Positions 1-9,901 are shown, counted from the first letter of the stretch. The stretch is DNA of 64,000 nucleotides from Minisyncoccota bacterium (GCA_041648595.1 JBAZOQ010000001.1:82242-146241); one strand, 5' to 3'. Translations and numbers: made by a program. Notes: generated by a model from the letters alone, not told the origin.

Positions 1-1
1 T

Positions 2-307
2 GCTTCTGGGCTTCCAACTCATGAATTTACTTTTCTTGGTTTTATTCCACATAAAAAAGGGAGAGAAACTTTATTTAAAGAGATAGCTCTCTCAAAGAGA
101 ACTATGGTATTTTATGAATCTCCACATCGTATTTTAAAAACATTGGAATCATTAAATAAATTTTGTCCAAATAAAAAAGTTTGCATAGCTCGTGAGATTA
201 CCAAAATTTATGAAGAATTTAAAACAGGTTCTTCATTAGAGCTCTTAGATTACCTAACAAAAAATCCTATTAAACAAAAAGGGGAGTTTACGGTATTGGT
301 TTCCTAA
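2..307 (+). CDS. rsmI: 16S rRNA (C1402-2'-O)-methyltransferase RsmI, 5'-partial
   Basis: Frame open from window start: ASGLPTHEFTFLGFIPHKKGR...FYESPHR...AREITKIYEE...KGEF. Confidence 0.9.
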   Translation, partial: ASGLPTHEFTFLGFIPHKKGRETLFKEIALSKRTMVFYESPHRILKTLESLNKFCPNKKVCIAREITKIYEEFKTGSSLELLDYLTKNPIKQKGEFTVLVS

Positions 308-368
308 TTTTACAACAAATCTTTTGAATTTATAAAAATTTTGTAAAAAGATATGTTATAATTAAAGA

Positions 369-1349
369 GTGAAGAAATTAGAAAATAAAAATAAAATAGT
401 TATATATCAGGCTTCATCTGGAGCTATTGAACTTCGTGGAGATTTTGAAAAAGAAACAGTATGGGCAACACAAGCACAGATTGCTCAGCTTTTTGATGTT
501 ACCCCTCAAAATGTGACATTACACTTAAATAATATTTTTAAAGACAAAGAATTGGACATAAAAGCAACTTGTAAGGAATCCTTACAAGTTCAAACCGAAG
601 GAAACAGAAAGATTAAAAGAAATATTAAACTTTATAATTTAGATGCAATTATTGCTGTAGGTTATCGTATAAGTTCAGTAATGGGAACTAATTTTCGCAT
701 TTGGGCTACGAAAACTTTACGTGAACATATCATAAAAGGCTATACAATAAATCGTAAACAAATCGCAAAAAATTATAATGCTTTTATGCAAGCTGTAGCT
801 AATGTTCAAAATTTATTACCAGAGCATATTACACTTGATCCTAAAGCAGTTCTAGAACTTATTAAAGAATTTGCTAGCACATGGATGTCAATTGGTGCTT
901 ACGATAAAGAAACACTAAAAATTATTGGTTCTACTAAAAAAGCTATTAAATTTAGTGGTATAGAATTAACTAATGCTATTATTGATTTACGTTCTAAATT
1001 AATTAAAAATAAAGAAGCTACAGAAATTTTTGCACAAGAAAGAGAGAAAGGAAGCATAGAAGGAATAGTTGGAAATGTTATGCAAACTTTCGGAGGTAAA
1101 GCACTTTATAAAACTACAGAGGAAAAAGCAGCACACCTTTTATATTTTATGGTTAAGAATCATCCTTTTATAGATGGAAACAAGCGTTCTGGTGCATTTG
1201 CTTTTATTTGGTTTTTAAGAAAAACTAAAACAAAAGGATTTAGAAATATAAATCCAGCAACATTAACAACTCTTACACTTCTTATAGCTGAAAGTGATCC
1301 AAAAAAGAAAGATCAAATGGTTGCATTAGTTACTCAATTGTTGAAATAA
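369..1349 (+). CDS. RhuM-family DNA-binding domain fused to Fic/Doc domain
   Basis: ETVWATQAQIAQLF...YNLDAIIAVGYR (RhuM) and Fic motif HPFIDGNKRSG. Confidence 0.85.
   Translation: MKKLENKNKIVIYQASSGAIELRGDFEKETVWATQAQIAQLFDVTPQNVTLHLNNIFKDKELDIKATCKESLQVQTEGNRKIKRNIKLYNLDAIIAVGYRISSVMGTNFRIWATKTLREHIIKGYTINRKQIAKNYNAFMQAVANVQNLLPEHITLDPKAVLELIKEFASTWMSIGAYDKETLKIIGSTKKAIKFSGIELTNAIIDLRSKLIKNKEATEIFAQEREKGSIEGIVGNVMQTFGGKALYKTTEEKAAHLLYFMVKNHPFIDGNKRSGAFAFIWFLRKTKTKGFRNINPATLTTLTLLIAESDPKKKDQMVALVTQLLK
566..590. repeat. Perfect palindrome (12-bp arms, 1-nt spacer) inside the RhuM domain
   Basis: aacttgtaagga-a-tccttacaagtt, encoding TCKESLQV. Confidence 0.85.
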
Positions 1350-1353
1350 ATAT

Positions 1354-1378
1354 AAGGAGTAGTATTTTACTACTCCTT
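1354..1378. terminator. Hairpin between convergent genes
   Basis: aaggagtagta-ttt-tactactcctt. Confidence 0.55.
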
Positions 1379-1684
1379 ATATGCAATTCTTCTTTCAAAA
1401 AAAATTTTTATAAAGAATTGCCCACCTTTTTTCTCTTTTACTTGTTCTTTTTTATAAATTCTTTGCAAGAAAAAATTACTTTTAACTAGTTTTGGATTAT
1501 CTAAAAAAAAGCATACTTTATCAGATATAATAAAATCTTCTTTTAAAATATCTTCTATTAAAACTTCTTTATATAGTTCCCCACATAATCCGACAACTTT
1601 TTTCTTTGCATCTTCTTCAGATGAAAAAGAAAAACTAATAATTTCTTTATTAAGAGAATTTATAAAATAGTATAAAAAATACAT
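1370..1684 (-). CDS. Orphan hypothetical protein
   Basis: 104-aa ORF preceded on the minus strand by TTGACA...TATATT and SD GGAG. Confidence 0.5.
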   Translation of the reverse strand: MYFLYYFINSLNKEIISFSFSSEEDAKKKVVGLCGELYKEVLIEDILKEDFIISDKVCFFLDNPKLVKSNFFLQRIYKKEQVKEKKGGQFFIKIFFERRIAYKE

Positions 1685-1750
1685 AAGAACACTCCTTCCT
1701 TTTTTCTTTTTAATATAGACTTTTTATTTTTTATGTCAAATAGTAGTTTT

Positions 1751-3775
1751 TTAGAGTAAATCCTCTGGATCTATAGAGATTTCGTAAGTAGGAGGTAGAG
1801 ATAATAACAAATTATATAAATTCTGATCTATTACTGAATTATTAGAAATTTCTGGTAATGACCATTTTTGGGGATTTAATCTTATTAATGCATTAGTTAC
1901 ATATTGATTTTTATTTTTACTTATAAATCCACTAAAAATTTCTGGTTCATATAATTTTAAAATTTCACTTAAATTTCTTTTTGCTTCTATGGAATCTTCT
2001 TTTTCTCCTAAAAATGTAATTTTTATAAAACGTTTGTATGGAGGATAATTTAGATTTTTTCTATCTTCTAATTCCTCACGTACATAAGAAAGTAAATTTT
2101 CTGATTTAAATGCAAGTAAAGTTTTGTCATTTTTATTTTTTGTTTGAATGATAAGTTTTTTTTCAGTTTTATCAAGAATAGAAAGTAAAAGCTGAATTAT
2201 TTTTTCACTCATTCTAAAACTTGGTATACTCCAAAGAGCATCAAATGAAGCTACAATAGATAAATCAACTTTTTCTTTTAAGTAATAAAAAGCCATTTCT
2301 GTGCCTATTAATATTTTACCAACATTCTCTCCGCCGGAGGCGGATCCGCCCTTGGCGGAAAAATCTTTTATTATTTTTTCTGCTCCAGATGCTGTTTTTG
2401 CTATTTCTTTATCTATTTTAAAGATTTTTGTTTTATTAAATTTATTTTTTATTTCTTCAAAAATTGTATCTGTTCCTATACCGAGTGGCATCAAGTTCCA
2501 GCTTCCACAATTTATACATTTTGTTTGTGGATCTTTTTCCGTATTGCACTTGTTGCAGATAAACATTCTTTTTTTACCATCCTTAGAAAGATAAAGTACA
2601 AGTGGAGCTAAACATTCTTCACAATTGACTGTTTCATTACAATCTTTACATACAGTATACGTTGCTAGGCCTTTTCTTAGTGAAAAGATGAAAACATTTT
2701 TTTTGTTATTTAAAGAATTTTCTATTTCCTCAATACTTATATCATTAAATATTTTAAACTTAGAGGCCTTGCCTCCGCTTGGAGGCAAGGCCTCTAAGTT
2801 TTCTTCTTTATTTGTATTTATTATCTTTGTTATTACTTGATTAAAATTAGTTCTAAAAGACAAAGGATATATTTCACTAAAATTATCAATTTCTTTTCTT
2901 GCTATTGTTTCAAAACGTAATAATGTATCACCTAATATAAATTTTGCATTAATTTTTGAAGCGAAAAGTTCCGCAAAAATTCGTAAATCAAAATGAGGTC
3001 GTGGAATCATCTTGTAAACATTTGAGCTTTCATGTTCAACTATTATTACACTTATGTCTATACGAGGTATAGACAAAAATGGTGCAGTCCCTAATATTAA
3101 TACGCCATGTTCTGAATTTATTATATTTTTATATTGTTCAATGACTTTTTTAGGTTTTAATCCTCCATGTATAGAAAAAGTAAAATTTTCAATACCCTTA
3201 GAAAGTGATTGATAATACATATTTATATCATGTTCTGTAGGTAATATAATAAAGACAGATTTTTTTAGAGCAAATTGTCCACGAATTAGAGTTTTATAAT
3301 AGGAAATACGATCCTCTAATTGTGCTTGGAATAATAATTTTTCAGTTTTTATATTATTAGAAATATCTGCTGTTTTTTCTTTTTGATTATTTTCGTTTAA
3401 AGAAAATTGATTACTAGAAGAAAATTCTAATATTTCATCATATTTTTCTCGGAATATTGACGGAATAAGAGACAATACTCCATTATTTTTTTTTGTCATA
3501 AAATAAGAACTTAAAAGAAAAGTAGATTCTAGATATTCATTTCTAAAAATTGAATGCTCTTTTACCTCAGTTATTTTTTTCAACTTAAAAGACATATTTT
3601 TGATTTTTGATTTTATATCTGTAACTTCTTGAGAAGAAACAACTAAACCTAGAATTTTTTTATTGCGAACAGGAACATAAACAATACTTCCATTTTTTAT
3701 ATCTTTTGACGTAAAATAACTTAAATCTGTTTTGAAAACTCCTTTTTCTAGTGGTATTATGGTCACAATTTTCAT
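1751..3775 (-). CDS. priA: Primosomal protein N' (divergent PriA)
   Basis: N-terminal 3'-DNA-binding region, four CxxC pairs, GIGTD and LNYPPY motifs; helicase motifs degenerate. Confidence 0.85.
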   Translation of the reverse strand: MKIVTIIPLEKGVFKTDLSYFTSKDIKNGSIVYVPVRNKKILGLVVSSQEVTDIKSKIKNMSFKLKKITEVKEHSIFRNEYLESTFLLSSYFMTKKNNGVLSLIPSIFREKYDEILEFSSSNQFSLNENNQKEKTADISNNIKTEKLLFQAQLEDRISYYKTLIRGQFALKKSVFIILPTEHDINMYYQSLSKGIENFTFSIHGGLKPKKVIEQYKNIINSEHGVLILGTAPFLSIPRIDISVIIVEHESSNVYKMIPRPHFDLRIFAELFASKINAKFILGDTLLRFETIARKEIDNFSEIYPLSFRTNFNQVITKIINTNKEENLEALPPSGGKASKFKIFNDISIEEIENSLNNKKNVFIFSLRKGLATYTVCKDCNETVNCEECLAPLVLYLSKDGKKRMFICNKCNTEKDPQTKCINCGSWNLMPLGIGTDTIFEEIKNKFNKTKIFKIDKEIAKTASGAEKIIKDFSAKGGSASGGENVGKILIGTEMAFYYLKEKVDLSIVASFDALWSIPSFRMSEKIIQLLLSILDKTEKKLIIQTKNKNDKTLLAFKSENLLSYVREELEDRKNLNYPPYKRFIKITFLGEKEDSIEAKRNLSEILKLYEPEIFSGFISKNKNQYVTNALIRLNPQKWSLPEISNNSVIDQNLYNLLLSLPPTYEISIDPEDLL
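2330..2359. repeat. GC-rich palindrome in frame within priA (SAKGGSASGG)
   Basis: tccgccggaggcggatccgcccttggcgga; related copy at 42485-42514. Confidence 0.85.
2756..2801. repeat. Perfect hairpin (21-bp arms, 4-nt loop) in frame within priA
   Basis: aaacttagaggccttgcctcc-gctt-ggaggcaaggcctctaagttt, encoding NLEALPPSGGKASKF. Confidence 0.9.
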
Positions 3776-3817
3776 GTTTCTATTCTAACATAACTTATGA
3801 TATATTTAATTAATGGG

Positions 3818-3934
3818 TCCCGTTAGAAGCCGCGGTCACGGTGTATAGCGGGAAACAAAGAAAATTATTTATTTAAGTTAATATTAGTAGGCGTAATTTA
3901 TGTAAAAATAGACCGCGACCTGCTTCTAACGGGA
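3818..3934. mobile_element. MITE-like element at the mreB start codon
   Basis: Terminal IR tcccgttagaag/cttctaacggga, 4-bp flanking duplication tggg; second copy at 28880-28980. Confidence 0.75.
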
Positions 3935-4947
3935 TGGGAATTTTTTCAAGAAAATTAGGCATAGACCTAGGCACAGCCAATACTTTGGTTTTTTTGCCTG
4001 GTAAGGGAATAGTATTAAATGAACCTTCAGTTGTAGCAGTTTCAGAACAAGACAATAAGATTCTAGCTATTGGTTTTGAGGCTAAAGATATGATAGGAAA
4101 AACACCAGATTCAATAATTACTTATTGTCCTATGAAAGATGGTGTTATTGCAGATTATAGAGTCACAGAAGCAATGCTTCATTATTTTATAAATAAAGCA
4201 TTGGGAAAATTTAATTTTTTTAAACCAGATGTGATGATTTCAGTACCAGCTGGTGTCACCTCAACAGAGAGAAGAGCTGTAGTAGAAGCAGCAATACGTG
4301 CTGGAGCTAGAAATGCTTATGTAGTTAAAGAGCCGATACTTGCAGCAATTGGTGCTGGTATTCCTATTTATGAATCAAAAGGACATATGGTGGTAGATAT
4401 CGGTGGAGGAACTACCGATGTTGCTGTTATTTCATTGGGAGGAATTGTTGCTTCTACTTCTGTTAAATGTGCTGGAAATAAAATTGATCAAGCTATAGCT
4501 GATTATATTAAAAAAACTTTTAATTTGGCTATAGGAGACAGAACAGCCGAAGAAGTAAAAATAAAAATTGGAGCAGCTGTTCCACTTGAAGAAGAACTTA
4601 GGGTTACAATAAAAGGAAGAGATTTTATTCAAGGGTTGCCAAGATCTGCTCAAGTGGGAACCAATGAAATAGTGAAAGCAATAGATGGAGAATTAAAACA
4701 GATAATAAAAGCTATAAAAGATGTATTACAAGAAACTCCACCAGAACTTGCTTCTGATATTATGGATTATGGAATTATTATGACAGGAGGGACGTCTCAG
4801 TTGCGTAATTTAACAGATTTAGTTTATAGAAAAACTGGAGTAAAAGCAACATTAGCCGATGAATCTATTTTTTGTGTAGTAAAAGGGACAGGCGTAGCAT
4901 TAGAGCATCTAGATGTATATAAAAAAACAGTTTTAAGTAAAAAATAG
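3934..4947 (+). CDS. mreB: Rod shape-determining protein MreB/Mbl
   Basis: GIDLGTANT, VVDIGGGTT, TPPELASDI, MTGG motifs. Confidence 0.95.
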   Translation: MGIFSRKLGIDLGTANTLVFLPGKGIVLNEPSVVAVSEQDNKILAIGFEAKDMIGKTPDSIITYCPMKDGVIADYRVTEAMLHYFINKALGKFNFFKPDVMISVPAGVTSTERRAVVEAAIRAGARNAYVVKEPILAAIGAGIPIYESKGHMVVDIGGGTTDVAVISLGGIVASTSVKCAGNKIDQAIADYIKKTFNLAIGDRTAEEVKIKIGAAVPLEEELRVTIKGRDFIQGLPRSAQVGTNEIVKAIDGELKQIIKAIKDVLQETPPELASDIMDYGIIMTGGTSQLRNLTDLVYRKTGVKATLADESIFCVVKGTGVALEHLDVYKKTVLSKK

Positions 4948-4952
4948 AATTT

Positions 4953-5690
4953 ATGATTCTAGAACATTTAGATAAAAATAATTTACATCATGCATATTTG
5001 ATAGAAGGTAGAAAAGAGGATATTGTGCCAGATATTTTTGAATTTTTAAAAGATTTAAAAATAAATACATCCAACAATCCTGATTTTTATCATATGTCTT
5101 TTGATACATTTAAAATTGAGGATGCTCATAATTTAAAATCTATACAATATGAAAAAAGTTTTTCTTTGGGCAAAAAAATAATTTTGATTTCAGCTAATAA
5201 TTTTTTGTTAGAAGCACAAAATACTTTACTAAAAATTTTTGAAGAACCAATAGAAAATACGCATTTCTTTTTAATTGTGCCAAATAAAAATATTTTGTTA
5301 AAGACCTTACTCTCTAGATTTTATTTAATTCAAACTAAGTCAGACTTAGAAGAAGAATTGAAAGAAGCAGAAAAATTTATTTCAATGCCGTTGAGAAATA
5401 GATTAGACTATATTAAAGAATTTTTGATAGAAGAAGTCCCGACCGAAGTCGGGATCCCGACAGAGGTCGGGAAAGATATATTACAAGATTCTGTTCGTGC
5501 AAAAGCATTAAGGTTTCTCAATGCATTAGAAACTGTGCTTCACCACAGGGTAGCCCTGTGTAATTACACAGGGCTACCCTGTGGTGGTATTTTTGCTCAT
5601 ATTTTTAAAGTCCGTGAATTTATCAATCAACCTGGTTCATCAATAAAAAGCTTGATGGAATCTTTAGCACTAAAAATACCAAGTTTTTAA
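4953..5690 (+). CDS. holB: DNA polymerase III delta-prime-like subunit (divergent)
   Basis: LHHAYLIEG, NPDF, AQNTLLKIFEEP, TLLSR motifs. Confidence 0.7.
   Translation: MILEHLDKNNLHHAYLIEGRKEDIVPDIFEFLKDLKINTSNNPDFYHMSFDTFKIEDAHNLKSIQYEKSFSLGKKIILISANNFLLEAQNTLLKIFEEPIENTHFFLIVPNKNILLKTLLSRFYLIQTKSDLEEELKEAEKFISMPLRNRLDYIKEFLIEEVPTEVGIPTEVGKDILQDSVRAKALRFLNALETVLHHRVALCNYTGLPCGGIFAHIFKVREFINQPGSSIKSLMESLALKIPSF
5437..5472. repeat. Tandem double hairpin in frame (VPTEVGIPTEVG)
   Basis: tcccgaccgaagtcgggatcccgacagaggtcggga. Confidence 0.85.
5541..5586. repeat. Perfect 46-bp palindrome in frame (HHRVALCNYTGLPCG)
   Basis: caccacagggtagccctgtgtaa|ttacacagggctaccctgtggtg. Confidence 0.9.
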
Positions 5691-5721
5691 TTTTAATCAT
5701 AAAATGTTATGATATATAAAT

Positions 5722-6273
5722 ATGCAATATAATTTTTCAAATTTTAAGACAGAAATAAATAAAATAGCAGAATATTTAGGAAAAGAATATACTCAGCTTA
5801 ATATTGGCCGAGCATCACCTATGATACTCGATAGTGTGTCTGTAGAATCATATGGTTCACGTGTTCCATTGAAAAATATTGCTTCTGTTTCTATTGAAGA
5901 TCCGAAAACTTTACGTATTATAGCTTGGGATAAAAACCAAATTAAAGAAATTGAAAAAGCTATAGTATCCTCAAATTTAGGATTATCAGTTGCTGTAGAT
6001 GGTGGAGGCATTAGAGTTATTTTTCCACAATTGACTACTGATACAAGGCAAACACTTGTAAAAGTATTAAAAGAAAAATTAGAAGAAAGTAGAATAACAG
6101 TACGTAAAGAACGTGAAAGAATTTGGGATGAAGTTCAAAAATTAGAGAAAGAAGGGAAGATGACTGAAGATGAAAAATTTAGAGCAAAAGAAGATTTGCA
6201 AAAAGTAATAGATGAAATAAATCAAAAATTGGAAGATATTTTTGAAAAAAAAGAAAAAGAGGTATTGGGGTAG
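5722..6273 (+). CDS. frr: Ribosome recycling factor
   Basis: GRASP, IEKAIVSSNLG, IRVIFPQLT, EDEKFRAKEDLQK. Confidence 0.95.
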   Translation: MQYNFSNFKTEINKIAEYLGKEYTQLNIGRASPMILDSVSVESYGSRVPLKNIASVSIEDPKTLRIIAWDKNQIKEIEKAIVSSNLGLSVAVDGGGIRVIFPQLTTDTRQTLVKVLKEKLEESRITVRKERERIWDEVQKLEKEGKMTEDEKFRAKEDLQKVIDEINQKLEDIFEKKEKEVLG

Positions 6274-6274
6274 A

Positions 6275-6305
6275 ACAGCTTATAGGTGTTAGCTTTTAGC
6301 TTATA
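6275..6305 (+). repeat. 31-bp heptamer-periodic element upstream of rseP
   Basis: acagcttataggtgttagcttttagcttata; 29/31 identical to 18069-18099 (minus strand). Confidence 0.75.
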
Positions 6306-6315
6306 GAGAAATACA

Positions 6316-7452
6316 ATGAACATACTTATATTTATAATCATTCTTCTTGTCCTCGTCCTAGTTCATGAATTTGGACATTTTTTTACTGCAAAAAGATTTG
6401 GTATTAGAGTGGATGAATTTGGTTTTGGTTTTCCTCCTAAGTTATTTAGTTGGAAATATGGTGAAACAGAGTATAGCATCAATCTTTTACCAATCGGAGG
6501 ATTCGTAAAAATTTTTGGTGAAGATATGGATGAAGCAGATCTGTTGGAGGTTGGATTTTTAGATAAAAAAGAAACTGTAGAAAAAATAGATTCAGCAAGG
6601 AGCTTGGTGAATAAACCAAAATATCAACAAGCGTTAGTTATGTTTGCTGGAATTTTTTCTAATTTTTTACTTGCCTGGCTTTTGTTTTCTGTTGGTTTTA
6701 TGTCTGGACTTCCTACTTCGGTTGGAAGTGAACCGAAAGGATATACAGTGAAAGATCCACATTTGGTTTTAGTTTCTGTTTTAGCTAATTCACCAGCTGA
6801 AATGGGTGGATTAAAATCAGGGGATAAAATAGTTTTAATTAAAAGTGGAAATGATTTAGTTCAAAATATCAATCCTGATATATTGAAATCTTTTATAGTT
6901 TCTCATGGTGATAAAGAAATTGAGTTTAGCTATATACGTGGAAAAGATGAAACAATAAGAATTACAAATATAACTCCTTCTATAAGTGCGACTAATCAAA
7001 ACCCCAGCATTGGTATAGCTATGGATGAAATAGGTATCGTTAAATTGCCTATTTTAAGTGCCCTTTGGGAAGGTTTAAAATTAGATTGGTCTGTCACTAA
7101 AAACACTGTTATAGGGCTTTATACGCTCATTAAGGAGGGTATAACAGGCAAAGGAAGCTTCTCTTCGGTCACTGGACCTGTCGGAATGGTGGGTATAGTC
7201 GGAGATGCATACCAATTTGGTTTTGTATATTTGCTATCTTTTGCAGCATTAATTTCAGTTAATTTAGCCATAATAAATCTTATTCCATTTCCAGCATTAG
7301 ATGGTGGACGACTTCTCTTTTTACTTATTGAAAAAATAAAAGGTTCTCGTTTAAATCCAAAATTTGCAAATGGTGCTAATATGGTAGGTTTTGCATTACT
7401 AATTATTCTAATGCTTTTTGTTACTTATCATGATGTAGTTAAATTATTTTAA
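6316..7452 (+). CDS. rseP: Site-2 metalloprotease RseP (M50, PDZ)
   Basis: HEFGH and NLIPFPALDGG motifs, PDZ region. Confidence 0.92.
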   Translation: MNILIFIIILLVLVLVHEFGHFFTAKRFGIRVDEFGFGFPPKLFSWKYGETEYSINLLPIGGFVKIFGEDMDEADLLEVGFLDKKETVEKIDSARSLVNKPKYQQALVMFAGIFSNFLLAWLLFSVGFMSGLPTSVGSEPKGYTVKDPHLVLVSVLANSPAEMGGLKSGDKIVLIKSGNDLVQNINPDILKSFIVSHGDKEIEFSYIRGKDETIRITNITPSISATNQNPSIGIAMDEIGIVKLPILSALWEGLKLDWSVTKNTVIGLYTLIKEGITGKGSFSSVTGPVGMVGIVGDAYQFGFVYLLSFAALISVNLAIINLIPFPALDGGRLLFLLIEKIKGSRLNPKFANGANMVGFALLIILMLFVTYHDVVKLF

Positions 7453-8424
7453 ATGTTAAAAAATAAATTAAAAATTGGAGTGCTTTTTGGTGGTAAGTCT
7501 GCAGAGCATGATGTATCTATTTCATCATCAAAAAATATAATTGATGCATTAGATAAAAATAAATATCAAATTTTTGTAATAAAAATAGAAAAAAATGGTG
7601 AATTTGATTTGAATTTTGTAAAAAAAATGGATCTTATTTTTCCTGTATTACATGGACCATACGGAGAAGATGGAAGTATGCAAGGATTGTTAAAAATTCT
7701 TGGGATACCTTTTGTTGGTCCAAGTGTGCTTGGCTCAGCTGTCGGAATGGATAAAGATGTGATGAAAAGGCTATTTAGAGATGCAAAAATTCCCATTGGT
7801 AAATTTATTACTGTTTGTGCTGGAGAAAAAATATCTTTTGAAAAAGTTAAAAAAGTTCTTGGTTTACCAATGTTTATAAAACCTGCAAATATGGGTTCTT
7901 CTGTGGGTATTAATAAAGTTAAAAATAAAAAAGAATTTGAAATTGCAGTAAATGATGCGTTTCTATATGATTCAAAAATTGTAATTGAAGAAAATATAAA
8001 TGGACAAGAAGTGGAATGTTCAGTATTAGGAAATGAGAATCCAATGGCTTCTATTGTTGGAGAAATAGTTCCTAAAAATGACTTTTATTCGTATAAAGCA
8101 AAATATATAGATGGAGATGGTGCGGTACTTTTAATACCAGCAAGACTTTCAAAAACAATATCTAAAAAAGTTCAAAATTTAGCAATTAAAGTATTTCAAA
8201 CATTAAATTGTGAAGGAATGGGTAGAGTAGATTTTTTTGTTAAAAAAAATGGGGAGGTGATAGTCAATGAAATTAATACAATTCCAGGATTTACAGCTAT
8301 TAGTATGTATCCCAAACTTTGGGAAGCGAGTGGAATACCTCTATCAAAACTTTTAGATAGATTAATCGAGCTCGCAATAGAGCGATTTGAAAGAGAATCT
8401 AAACTAAAGACTACGGTTAAATAA
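7453..8424 (+). CDS. ddl: D-alanine--D-alanine ligase
   Basis: FGGKSAEHDVS, LHGPYGEDG, GSSVG, NEINTIPGFT. Confidence 0.95.
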   Translation: MLKNKLKIGVLFGGKSAEHDVSISSSKNIIDALDKNKYQIFVIKIEKNGEFDLNFVKKMDLIFPVLHGPYGEDGSMQGLLKILGIPFVGPSVLGSAVGMDKDVMKRLFRDAKIPIGKFITVCAGEKISFEKVKKVLGLPMFIKPANMGSSVGINKVKNKKEFEIAVNDAFLYDSKIVIEENINGQEVECSVLGNENPMASIVGEIVPKNDFYSYKAKYIDGDGAVLLIPARLSKTISKKVQNLAIKVFQTLNCEGMGRVDFFVKKNGEVIVNEINTIPGFTAISMYPKLWEASGIPLSKLLDRLIELAIERFERESKLKTTVK

Positions 8425-8429
8425 AAAAA
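8372..8429 (+). repeat. 58-bp direct repeat, copy 1 (ddl 3' end)
   Basis: Identical to 9225-9282. Confidence 0.9.
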
Positions 8430-8471
8430 GACCTACGGCTTGGTAGCTTTTGGTCTTTTTATCTTTCTGAT

Positions 8472-9086
8472 TTATACAGTAAAAAATAAATATCCTGCAT
8501 TTTGATCACCACTATAAGGATTGTTATATGAACCAGTAGTAATAACCTTATTATAACTTGGGTCATATACAACAATTAAATCATCATCATCTTGGTCTAA
8601 TTTCTCTAAGGGGTCACTCATGATGAATATACGATCCATATTGTGAATATTCAAAAATTCTTTAGTAAATATCTTTGAAATTATATATGCAACATGGAAT
8701 GTAATCTGCGGTGGAATTAAATAACAATCAGCAGGAAATCCATCTCTAATTAAAACTGAAGGATATCTACAATAAGTTGCCCTGCCTTTGATAATTGCTA
8801 CTTTATCAAATATTTCTCTAATAGAGCTAGAGAAACTTTTTTTGAAAAATCCAGATAGAATTAATTTATTGATTTTATTCCCAATGTCGATGTTTCTTAA
8901 TTTTAGATCATTGACCATAGCTGTGATTGACATATCATCACCTAGTGTTGATTTAGTAAAATCAAGATGCTTACCTAACCTATAGGTATTAGGTAACAGT
9001 AATATATCTACAATGATAATATCATCAGCCTTAATTCTAAATTGACCAACTTCCATTGTAAATATTTCTGATATTTTATTTTCCAT
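8472..9086 (-). CDS. Orphan hypothetical protein between 58-bp direct repeats
   Basis: 204-aa ORF with SD GAGG and upstream TTGACT-17-TATTAT. Confidence 0.65.
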   Translation of the reverse strand: MENKISEIFTMEVGQFRIKADDIIIVDILLLPNTYRLGKHLDFTKSTLGDDMSITAMVNDLKLRNIDIGNKINKLILSGFFKKSFSSSIREIFDKVAIIKGRATYCRYPSVLIRDGFPADCYLIPPQITFHVAYIISKIFTKEFLNIHNMDRIFIMSDPLEKLDQDDDDLIVVYDPSYNKVITTGSYNNPYSGDQNAGYLFFTV

Positions 9087-9224
9087 TTTGAGCCTCGTTA
9101 TTTATTCTTTGTTTGTTGAGTTATTTTTATCTCTAAAATAGGGGACAAAAATAACCCAACAAATATTTTTAAAGATCAAAAAACTATGTTTATAATACAG
9201 TTATTATAATAAAAAGTCAATAGT

Positions 9225-9282
9225 TCGCAATAGAGCGATTTGAAAGAGAATCTAAACTAAAGACTACGGTTAAATAAAAAAA
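9225..9282 (+). repeat. 58-bp direct repeat, copy 2
   Basis: tcgcaatagagcgatttgaaagagaatctaaactaaagactacggttaaataaaaaaa. Confidence 0.9.
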
Positions 9283-9343
9283 CCACTGTCTAACTTTTTA
9301 AGTTTTAAGTGGTTTTTTACAAGATTCTCAAGAAAAATTCATT

Positions 9344-9676
9344 TTATTTTTTTGCAAAAATATTATTACCTTTTTGCATTTTAAATGATATATAGTTCTC
9401 TGTTTCATGTACAATTTTTGCTTCAAGTCCAGTTATTTGGCATATTACTCTCATAAAAGACTCTGCATAAGCTTTATCTGGTAAATGATTTAATATTTCT
9501 ATTTTATCTTCCGATTGTACGCCTGTATTTTCAAAGTATAATCTATTTAGACTTGGACGAGTAACTGACATAAGAAGTGCATTACCATGCCCAATATGCA
9601 TTATCACTAAATCATCCTTTTGAATCCCTGTTCTTTTTAACACTGTTTTTGAATTTGTTTCTTGTTGCGTTACCAT
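9344..9676 (-). CDS. Orphan hypothetical protein
   Basis: 110-aa ORF with SD AAGGAG and upstream TTGACT-16-TATACT. Confidence 0.6.
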   Translation of the reverse strand: MVTQQETNSKTVLKRTGIQKDDLVIMHIGHGNALLMSVTRPSLNRLYFENTGVQSEDKIEILNHLPDKAYAESFMRVICQITGLEAKIVHETENYISFKMQKGNNIFAKK

Positions 9677-9824
9677 GTTTGACTCCTTTTATATTATTTA
9701 ATTAAATTAGTTATCTCTACCACCAAAAGAAGCAGAGAAAACTAATTTAATATAAACAAAAAGAAAATATCAAAGAACCTTAATACTTGTATAAGTATAG
9801 CATTTTATATTAAAAAGTCAAGAG

Positions 9825-9895
9825 CGGGTGATGAGGGAATCGAACCCCCGCCAAAGGATTTGGAGGCCTTCGTTCTGCCACTAAACTAATCACCC
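9825..9895 (-). tRNA. tRNA-Trp(CCA)
   Basis: Acceptor stem gggtgat/atcaccc, anticodon loop CTCCAAA, T-loop GTTCGATT; CCA tail not encoded. Confidence 0.9.
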
Positions 9896-9901
9896 ATGGC
9901 T

